A stretch of 64,000 nt of DNA, taken from NCBI RefSeq assembly GCF_947302755.1, contig NZ_CAMYWM010000001.1:625-64624 (forward strand), in the 5' to 3' direction. The translations under genes were made by a program, and so were the position numbers. Under the pieces are notes generated by a model, which was not told where the DNA came from, did no database searches, and saw only the letters and a list, made by a program, of their open reading frames with translations. Each line of letters opens with the position of its first letter. Position 1 is the first letter of the stretch. This document shows positions 28,539-36,061 of the stretch, in pieces. Origin of the DNA: an uncultured Anaerovibrio sp. (lineage in GTDB: Bacteria > Bacillota > Negativicutes > Selenomonadales > Selenomonadaceae).

Positions 28539-29786
28539 ATGGATATCAATGATAATAGGGCAAGAATATTATTTGTCTGCTCTACAAAATTATTATTATT
28601 TAATGCTTTGCATGTTCGTATGCATATGTTCCCAAATGCCAAAGCAGATATAATATTTGATTTTTCGCGTCCGGAAACAGTTGCCTGCGCTGAGCGAATC
28701 AGTCAAACAAAATTGTTTGATAATGTTGCATTTAGATCGCCTCCCTATGTCGATTTTAAGGAATATTTCAGTTTAGTTAGAAATAATCAGCCTGCACCAT
28801 CACTCTTTACTGCCATCAAAAATACTGTCAATAAATATGGTAAAACAGGCCATAGAAATGCTGATAGCAGAGAACAGTATCTGGAGCAACAAATACATGG
28901 GTATGAAAAACTGGATATTAGCCGGTATACACATATATTTGGGTATGGTAATACCGATACTATAAGGAACATAGTTTCGCTAGCCAAAGAAAAAAATAAA
29001 ACCTGTAAAATGTGTGTGTTGGAAGAGGGAATAGGTTCATATTTCAGAGAATATATTTGCAACGATATAAAGCCTGACAGTATTTTCCTTTACAGTCCCA
29101 ATATGGTTTTGTATGAATATGATGAAAGAATAACTAAAATTCCGCCAATAGATAAAAATGACAAGGAATTTATTGATTGTGTAAACCTTGTTTTTAATCA
29201 CAGAGATAAAGAGAAGGTAGAAAATAAAATTATCTTTTTTGATGACCATGCTTCTGACATGCCGGGGTATTTGAAAATAAGTAAATTGTTATCAAAAACC
29301 CTGCTTCGCAATTCATATAAAAAACATGTGAGAGAAATGCGCTTTCTTCAGTTGCAGAGAGAAGCTTTTGAATTACTTTGCAAATACCGTAATAACAGGG
29401 AGGTAATTGTAAAACTTCATCCTACTACTAAACGCAATACTATCGAAGAGGAATATTTAAACAGACCCGGAGTTTCGGTACTGGAGGCAGCCTTTGCACC
29501 GTGGGAAGTGGTTTGTTTAAATAACGATGTACATAATAACATTATTGTAACTATGATGTCGGCGGCAGTTAAAGGAAATAGTATTTTCACGGGATACACG
29601 GACAATAACGTATATATTGTTTTGGTTGATCTTGTGTCAGATATCTATGACAATGAGAAGGGCAGTGCATTACTCAAAAAATGGAGTGAGCAGGAAAATA
29701 TACATGTTATTTTCCCGCAAGATATTGGTGAATATGAAGAATATTTAAAGTCCAATAATTCCAAGATGACAGATAACTGGAGATAA
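28539..29786 (+). CDS. Putative nonulosonic-acid (sialyl-type) transferase, paralog 2
   Basis: E-E-G at 29022-29030 (CVLEEGIGSY) and H-P at 29418-29423 (VKLHPTTKR). Paralogous to 14008-15207. Confidence 0.5.
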   Translation: MDINDNRARILFVCSTKLLLFNALHVRMHMFPNAKADIIFDFSRPETVACAERISQTKLFDNVAFRSPPYVDFKEYFSLVRNNQPAPSLFTAIKNTVNKYGKTGHRNADSREQYLEQQIHGYEKLDISRYTHIFGYGNTDTIRNIVSLAKEKNKTCKMCVLEEGIGSYFREYICNDIKPDSIFLYSPNMVLYEYDERITKIPPIDKNDKEFIDCVNLVFNHRDKEKVENKIIFFDDHASDMPGYLKISKLLSKTLLRNSYKKHVREMRFLQLQREAFELLCKYRNNREVIVKLHPTTKRNTIEEEYLNRPGVSVLEAAFAPWEVVCLNNDVHNNIIVTMMSAAVKGNSIFTGYTDNNVYIVLVDLVSDIYDNEKGSALLKKWSEQENIHVIFPQDIGEYEEYLKSNNSKMTDNWR

Positions 29787-29787
29787 T

Positions 29788-31212
29788 ATGAATTTTAATT
29801 CTTTGGAATATGCTATATTTTTGCCAATAGTATTTTGCTTGTATTGGCTTATGCCTCATCGTTTTCGATGGGCATTTTTATTGTTGGCGAGCTACTATTT
29901 CTATATGAGCTGGAATCCGCAATATATTGTGTTGATATTGGGGACTACAGCAATTTCATTTTTTGCGGCATTGTTGATAGAAAAATGTGACACAGTCCGG
30001 GCAAAGAAGATGGTTTTGGCGGGAGCTGTGTTCGTTTGTCTGGGTGTACTGTTTTGTTTTAAATATTTTAATTTCATGTCAGCTTCTTTGGTTGAGCTGT
30101 GTTCCCTTTTGGCCATAAATCTTCATCCCATAACTCTAAATGTGCTGTTGCCAGTTGGAATATCCTTCTACACATTTCAGACCATGGGATATGTTATAGA
30201 TGTTTACCGGGGGAATGTGAAGGCAGAGAGACATTTTGGCGAGTATGCGGCATTTATATCCTTCTTTCCCCAGTTGGTAGCTGGTCCTATTGAGCGGACA
30301 GCCAATCTTCTGCCTCAAATAAAAACAGTCAAAAAATTTGATTATGATGAAGCTGCCTATGGCCTTCGGCTCATGGCTTGGGGGTTCTTCAAAAAAATAG
30401 TTATAGCTGATAATGCTGCTATTGTAGTAGATAGCGTTTATTCATCTTTGGATAGATGCACGGGATTTGATCTGATACTTGCAGTGCTGTTTTTTACGAT
30501 GCAGATATATTGTGATTTTTCCGGGTACTCGGATATTGCTATTGGTACTGCCAGATTGTTGGGCATAAAGCTTATGACAAATTTCAAAAGCCCGTATTTT
30601 TCCGGCAGTTTAAAAGAATTTTGGAGCAGATGGCATATATCCCTTTCCACCTGGTTTAGAGATTATTTGTATATTCCTTTGGGGGGCAACAGGTGCTCCA
30701 AATTCAGGCACAACATGAATATCATGATAACCTTTCTTATAAGTGGCCTGTGGCATGGGGCAAATTGGACATTTGTACTATGGGGAGGAATTCATGGATT
30801 CATTCAGGTTGTTGAAAATGTTCTTGGTCTGAATAAAATTACGAAATCAAAATTGCAGCATATTATTTCGGTTGTTATAATTTTTTTAATTTGCAATATA
30901 GCCTGGGTATTCTTTCGTTCTAAATCAATTACAGATGCTTTTTATATTCTTGGCAATATTATTTCTGCCAACGGTGGTATTGATTGGTATATACGAAGCG
31001 GTATAGAGATAGACGAGAGTACCATTTATCACATATTGATACCTGTGGTGGCGATGATGGTATATGATTTTATATCCTTGAAACGGGATGTGATAAAATG
31101 GGTTGGTTCACAAAAAATGCTGGTACGTTGGTGCCTGTATTTTGTAATAATATTTTGGACCATACTTATGCTGCCTCTGGAAAACTCCGGCTTTATATAT
31201 TTCCAATTTTAA
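29788..31212 (+). CDS. MBOAT-family membrane O-acyltransferase (AlgI/DltB-like)
   Basis: Multi-TM protein with WHISLSTWFRDYLYIPLGGNR and LISGLWHGANW (conserved His). Confidence 0.85.
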   Translation: MNFNSLEYAIFLPIVFCLYWLMPHRFRWAFLLLASYYFYMSWNPQYIVLILGTTAISFFAALLIEKCDTVRAKKMVLAGAVFVCLGVLFCFKYFNFMSASLVELCSLLAINLHPITLNVLLPVGISFYTFQTMGYVIDVYRGNVKAERHFGEYAAFISFFPQLVAGPIERTANLLPQIKTVKKFDYDEAAYGLRLMAWGFFKKIVIADNAAIVVDSVYSSLDRCTGFDLILAVLFFTMQIYCDFSGYSDIAIGTARLLGIKLMTNFKSPYFSGSLKEFWSRWHISLSTWFRDYLYIPLGGNRCSKFRHNMNIMITFLISGLWHGANWTFVLWGGIHGFIQVVENVLGLNKITKSKLQHIISVVIIFLICNIAWVFFRSKSITDAFYILGNIISANGGIDWYIRSGIEIDESTIYHILIPVVAMMVYDFISLKRDVIKWVGSQKMLVRWCLYFVIIFWTILMLPLENSGFIYFQF

Positions 31213-31224
31213 TGGGGTATTATT

Positions 31225-32301
31225 GTGAGAACAATATTAATAAAAATGATAATACTGGCATTGACAGTATATAGCGTGGTTATATCAGTTAATTATTTTG
31301 TTGACCCTGCCAATTTATATCATGAGGGCACAGTTACCAAATTGGTGGATTGTCTCAATGATGGCAAAAATGTTAAAATTCCCGCAAATATTGATGAGGG
31401 GGTATTTCAGGAAAAAAGAATTGCAACTATGACCTGGAATCCAGAGACAGTAATAATTGGCTCAAGCCATGTTATGTATATGCCCTTTGATGATGGCAGT
31501 ATGGTATACAATGCAGGTATGTCCGGAGCATATTTAGGAGATTATTATGCTTTAACCGGACTGCTGCAATATTATGATAAAATGCCCAAGAAAATAATAA
31601 TAGGCGTTGATCCCTGGACCTTTATGCGCGGCAGTCTCGATGGGAAACATCCTTCATTGCATAGGTATGCGGAATACATGAAAAAAAACATTGATGGCTC
31701 CCAGGATACATACTATGGAGGAAATTATATTGATGATAAGTTAAAGGAACTGATTTCATTATCATATTTTCAGTCTTCCATTGCATATGCCAGAAAAAAT
31801 CTTTTTAAGGCAGAAGATGATGTAGAGACTGTTTCTGATGATCAGATTGGAGATGATGTCAAGATTATCGTGGATGGAAGGCGTGTTCCATCAGTTAAAA
31901 ATTTTCTTACCCAGAAAGAAATTGATGAGGAAATTTTAAAGCTGTTGAATAAAGGTACTATGTATCAAATGGGAACAGGCTTTAAAGAGGTTCAGCATGA
32001 TAATATTGCAGATTTTGAAAAATTGTTGCAATATTTACAGGCCAATGGGGTGGAGGTAAGCATTTATTTACCAGTATGGCATCCGAAGATTTACAGTTTT
32101 TTCTGTGAAAGTGAAGCATTTTCCGGAGTGAAAAAAATTGAGGACACCATACGCAAAATTGGTTATGGGTACCAGATTCCCGTTCATGGTGGATATGATC
32201 CAAGGGATTGTGGTATTACAGAAAACGACTTTATGGATTATCTACACCTGAAGCCGGAGAAGATGAAGGAAAACTATGAACTGATATTGGACAGTAAGTA
32301 G
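31225..32301 (+). CDS. Membrane-anchored extracytoplasmic partner of the MBOAT (DltD/AlgX-like role inferred)
   Basis: Single N-terminal TM segment (ILIKMIILALTVYSVVISV), then YFVDPANLYHEG and VIIGSSHVMYM, which is reminiscent of the DltD GSSE region. GTG start. Assigned mainly from position. Confidence 0.4.
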   Translation: MRTILIKMIILALTVYSVVISVNYFVDPANLYHEGTVTKLVDCLNDGKNVKIPANIDEGVFQEKRIATMTWNPETVIIGSSHVMYMPFDDGSMVYNAGMSGAYLGDYYALTGLLQYYDKMPKKIIIGVDPWTFMRGSLDGKHPSLHRYAEYMKKNIDGSQDTYYGGNYIDDKLKELISLSYFQSSIAYARKNLFKAEDDVETVSDDQIGDDVKIIVDGRRVPSVKNFLTQKEIDEEILKLLNKGTMYQMGTGFKEVQHDNIADFEKLLQYLQANGVEVSIYLPVWHPKIYSFFCESEAFSGVKKIEDTIRKIGYGYQIPVHGGYDPRDCGITENDFMDYLHLKPEKMKENYELILDSK

Positions 32302-32338
32302 TTTTTGGGCCACGAAGACAGCTGTTTGCTTTTTACTG

Positions 32339-32712
32339 AATAGTTACAAAATTGGCTTTATTTTTGTGGTGGGAAAGTTGAGTTATTATCAAATGGCCAT
32401 TAAGTATATCACTGATAGGGTTGGCGATATACAATTATTTGTTTTTTCCAATGATATTCCTTGGGCGAGGAAAATATAAAAACAGCTCAGGAAATCCATT
32501 TTGTGGACAACAACACGGAAGAAAAGGGCTATGAGGATATGCGGTTAATGAGCCTTTGCCGGCATCACATTATTGCCAACAGCTCCTTTAGCTGGTGGGG
32601 TGCCTGGCTGGGAACGGCTGGGGATAAGATTGTGGCAGCCCCTAAAAAGTGGTTGGCTAATGAACAATCTGGCCATGAGGATGTTGTGCCCAGTGGATGG
32701 ATTAAAATGTAA
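32339..32712 (+). pseudogene. Remnant of a GT11 alpha-1,2-fucosyltransferase (5'-truncated and frameshifted)
   Basis: C-terminal GT11 signature EDMRLMSLCRHHIIANSSFSWWGAWLG..KIVAAPKKW in the 32461 frame. The preceding part (YYQMAIKYITDRVGDIQLFVFSNDIPWAR) is in another frame that stops at 32477-32479. The N-terminal roughly 150 aa are absent. Confidence 0.65.
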
Positions 32713-32903
32713 CTGGAATATGTCCAAATCATAGTATAAATTCAAAAGACTATTTTGTGTAGAATATATCAAACAACGTAGAATAACAATTATTTTTCCT
32801 CTACGTCTGCTAGACAAGCGTGATACAATGGAATAAAATAGATTAGCTCAATATAGCTTTTAAGCCTACATTAACATAGAAAATATAAGGAGTGTGCTGA
32901 GTA

Positions 32904-34322
32904 ATGTTTAAGAAGACTAAAATCGTTTGTACCATGGGACCTACAACTGATAAGCCGGGAATCATTGAAGAATTGATGAAAAACGGCATGAACTGTGCCC
33001 GTTTTAACTTTTCCCATGGTGACCACGCCGAGCAGTTAGGCCGTATCGAGCGGGTGCGTGAAGCAGCCCGTCATACGGATAAGATTATACCATTGTTGCT
33101 GGATACCAAGGGGCCGGAGATGCGTCTGGGGGCCTTTAAGGATGGCAAGGTGCAGCTCACCAAGGGCAATACCTTCCGTCTCACCCAGTCCGATGAGCCA
33201 GGTGATGAAACCGGGGCACCAATAAGCTACAAGAACCTCTATAAGGAAGTAAAGCCAGGAGATACCATTTTGCTGTCCGATGGATTGGTTGGCCTTAAGG
33301 TGAAGGAAATTCAGGGACAGGATATTGTGACGGAAATTCTCAACAACGGCCCAATGAGCACTCGCAAGCGGGTGGCTGTACCGGGAGTAGCCATTGGCCT
33401 TCCACCTATTTCTGAGCAGGACGAAAAGGACATTCTCTTCGGTATTGAGCATGATATGGATTTCGTAGCCGCCTCCTTTATTCAGCGGGCCAGTGACGTG
33501 GAGGCCATCAGAAAGCTGATCACGGACAACAACGGCCACATGGAGATTATCGCCAAGATTGAAAATCTGGAGGGCGTAAAGAATATTGATGCCATTATTG
33601 AGGCTGCCGATGGAATCATGGTAGCCCGTGGTGATCTGGGGGTAGAAATTCCGGCTGAGGATGTGCCGGTTATTCAGAAGGAGGTCATTGCCAAGTGCAA
33701 CAAGGCCGGTAAGCTGGTAATCGTGGCTACCCAGATGCTGGAGTCCATGACCAACAATCCGCGGCCAACCAGAGCTGAGGTATCTGATGTAGGTAATGCG
33801 GTATTTGATGGTACGGATGCTATCATGCTCAGCGGCGAAACTGCCAGCGGTGATTATCCGGTAGAGGCTGTTCAGACCATGAGCACCATTGCCAAGCGCA
33901 TCGAGTCATCTATTCATTATGAAAATCGGTTTGCAACTAAGGGCATGGAGCATAAAAAGAGCATTACCGACGCAGTAGCTCATTCCACGGTGCAGCTGGC
34001 CTATGAGCTGGATGCCACCGCCATTATCACCCCAACGGAAACCGGCTTTACGGCCCAGATGGTATCCAAATACCGTCCACAGGCCACCATTATCGCCTAT
34101 GCCTCCACCTCCAAGGTAGCCCGTCAGTTGAACCTGCGCTGGGGCATTCAGCTGGTAAATGGCCGCATTTGGGATGATGAACCGGATCGCACCGGAGCCT
34201 CCATTGCCGCCGCTCTCCGCGCCGGTCTGGTGGAGAAGGGGGATATTGCCGTGGTAACCTCCGGTATTAACATGAGCAGGTGGAACAACACCAACAAGAT
34301 TCAGATAAGAACCATTGACTAA
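32904..34322 (+). CDS. pyk: Pyruvate kinase
   Basis: Motifs KTKIVCTMGPT, NCARFNFSHG, LLDTKGPEMR, AKIENLEG, MVARGDLGVEIP, VATQMLESM, SGETASG. Confidence 0.95.
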   Translation: MFKKTKIVCTMGPTTDKPGIIEELMKNGMNCARFNFSHGDHAEQLGRIERVREAARHTDKIIPLLLDTKGPEMRLGAFKDGKVQLTKGNTFRLTQSDEPGDETGAPISYKNLYKEVKPGDTILLSDGLVGLKVKEIQGQDIVTEILNNGPMSTRKRVAVPGVAIGLPPISEQDEKDILFGIEHDMDFVAASFIQRASDVEAIRKLITDNNGHMEIIAKIENLEGVKNIDAIIEAADGIMVARGDLGVEIPAEDVPVIQKEVIAKCNKAGKLVIVATQMLESMTNNPRPTRAEVSDVGNAVFDGTDAIMLSGETASGDYPVEAVQTMSTIAKRIESSIHYENRFATKGMEHKKSITDAVAHSTVQLAYELDATAIITPTETGFTAQMVSKYRPQATIIAYASTSKVARQLNLRWGIQLVNGRIWDDEPDRTGASIAAALRAGLVEKGDIAVVTSGINMSRWNNTNKIQIRTID

Positions 34323-34551
34323 GCCCTTCTATTGTATTTCGTATCATATTGTGCTATGATGTAACATACTGACAGAAAATTTTCCCCATAAGCAAGCTGA
34401 CAACCACCTGGCTTTCATCAGCCCTTACGCGAAATCTAAAGCTCATCTCTATCTTTCAGATTTGATGAACTGAGATTTCTTGGTAAAAATGAGGAAAATT
34501 TTAAACAATTGCGTTATACTATATTTTGAGATGGAATAGGAGGTCCGCAGA

Positions 34552-34776
34552 GTGCTTACGGTTTTAATGGTAATGGATGCATTGGTAGCCATCGTGCTGA
34601 TCGGTTCAGTACTGGCCCAGTCACCAAAGTCGGCCGGTATGGGCCTGGGCGGCGGCAGTGATACCGTATTCAGCAGCAATGCCCGGGGTATGGATGCACT
34701 GCTGGCACGGGTGACGATAGTCTTTGCAATTCTCTTTGCAGTGGTTACGCTGGTTATTGCGAAGATGACCATGTAG
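34552..34776 (+). CDS. secG: Preprotein translocase subunit SecG
   Basis: GTG start 8 nt after AGGAGG. 74 aa with two TM segments and the central SPKSAGMGLGGGSDTVFSS loop. Confidence 0.8.
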   Translation: MLTVLMVMDALVAIVLIGSVLAQSPKSAGMGLGGGSDTVFSSNARGMDALLARVTIVFAILFAVVTLVIAKMTM

Positions 34777-34789
34777 GTTTGACACCAAA

Positions 34790-34840
34790 CGCTTACTATC
34801 CATCATAGAATGTATGGTAGATAGTGGGCGTTTTTTATTT
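34790..34840 (+). terminator. Imperfect hairpin plus T-tract after secG
   Basis: CGCTTACTATCCATCATA ... TGTATGGTAGATAGTGGGCG followed by TTTTTTATTT. Confidence 0.5.
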
Positions 34841-34858
34841 AACGAAAGGATTACCAAT

Positions 34859-35602
34859 ATGATTATTAACGGCGGCGAGCCTTTCTTTTTTAAGGGGGGG
34901 CCACATGGCATACTTTTAATCCACGGCTTCACCGGGGTACCGGCGGAAATGCTGTTATTGGGCCGATATTTAAATGAACAGGGCTACACGATACTGGGGG
35001 TTCGCCTGGCGGGCCATGGCACCACCACGGAGGATATGGCCCATATGACCGCAGAGGATTGGTACGACTCTGTGTGCGATGGTTATTCCATATTGGCGTC
35101 CTTTTGCGATAAGGTGTCTGTGGTAGGTCAGTCCATGGGCGGCCTGTTGGCCATTATTTTGTCGGCCAATGCCCAGGTTAAATGCTGCTGCAGCCTGGCG
35201 GCTCCGATTTATATTCACGAGGATAAGCAGCTGTACCGCCTGCCGGCTAGGGAGTATTGCCAGAATAAATATTGGCCGAAAAAGAAGCGGATGAATTTTG
35301 ATGTTCCCCAGGTGTGCAATGCCTCCTATGGGGAGTATCCGATGATGTCCGTCCATGAGCTGCTGGATCTTATTGACAGAACCAAGCGGGAGCTTCCCCG
35401 GGTGAAATGCCCTATGCTGGTGGTGCACAGCCACAATGACCACACGGCCAGGGACCGCAGTGCCAACAAGATATACGATTTGTCGGGGAGCTATGAAAAG
35501 GAGCTGGTGTGGCTGGAGGAGTCCGGTCATTTGATAACCATCGGCAGTGAGCGGGACAAGGCCTTTGAGCTGGTGGATGAGTTTATTAGGGAGCATTCAT
35601 AA
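34859..35602 (+). CDS. Alpha/beta-hydrolase carboxylesterase (Est/YvaK-like)
   Basis: HGFTG oxyanion region and the GQSMGG nucleophile elbow. It occupies the same position as yvaK in the Bacillus secG-yvaK-rnr-smpB arrangement. The ATG at 34859 follows AAAGGA. Confidence 0.75.
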   Translation: MIINGGEPFFFKGGPHGILLIHGFTGVPAEMLLLGRYLNEQGYTILGVRLAGHGTTTEDMAHMTAEDWYDSVCDGYSILASFCDKVSVVGQSMGGLLAIILSANAQVKCCCSLAAPIYIHEDKQLYRLPAREYCQNKYWPKKKRMNFDVPQVCNASYGEYPMMSVHELLDLIDRTKRELPRVKCPMLVVHSHNDHTARDRSANKIYDLSGSYEKELVWLEESGHLITIGSERDKAFELVDEFIREHS

Positions 35603-35638
35603 GAGACATAATAGACAGAGGACTGTTGTATACTAACT

Positions 35639-35840
35639 TTCGATAGAGGCATTGCTTTCAGCAGGGACTCAGGGCTAAAACTATTGTTTTGCTTTCAATT
35701 AGTCAGCAAGAAAAATCCAAACTCGCTTCGTCCTTATAGGACTCGCTCAAACAGTGGATGTTTTCTCGCTGTGTAAGTATGCAAAAAATAGTTTCTTTAC
35801 GCCCATCGCCCAACGCTTCAAGCAATTGCCTCTATCAAAG
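35639..35840. repeat. Family A palindromic repeat, copy 2 (carries a 16-nt internal insertion in the core)
   Basis: Matches 889-1078 along its whole length. The core is interrupted: AAACTCGCTTCG[TCCTTATAGGACTCGC]TCAAACA. Confidence 0.85.
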
Positions 35841-35876
35841 TAATATATGGCAGTGGACTGTTGAGTTGAACATTTA

Positions 35877-36004
35877 GTCTCAGTGCGTTAAGAAACTTTT
35901 TATTGCTATACCTTGATTATAGTGGTAAAAATCATTTGTTTGAGCGAAGCGAGTTATGATTTTTGCCACTATATAAAAACAAGAAAAAGTTTTAGTACTG
36001 AGAC
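35877..36004. repeat. Family A-related hairpin element (variant C) with the same core in reverse orientation
   Basis: Arms GTCTCAGT..AAGAAACTTTTT / AAAAAGTTT..ACTGAGAC. Inner stem AAAAATCAT / ATGATTTTT. The loop TGTTTGAGCGAAGCGAGTT (35937-35955) is the reverse complement of the family A core. Confidence 0.75.
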
Positions 36005-36061
36005 GGCGTGAAACGCAACACTCTACTGCCAATATAAAATACATTTGACGAAAGATATATT

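Noticed and set aside
35620-35863. The 9-nt direct repeat GGACTGTTG on both sides of repeat copy A2, as a possible target-site duplication.
   Set aside because: The repeats do not abut the element ends (gaps of 8 and 13 nt). Copy A1 (889-1078) has no comparable flanking duplication. The match is probably chance.
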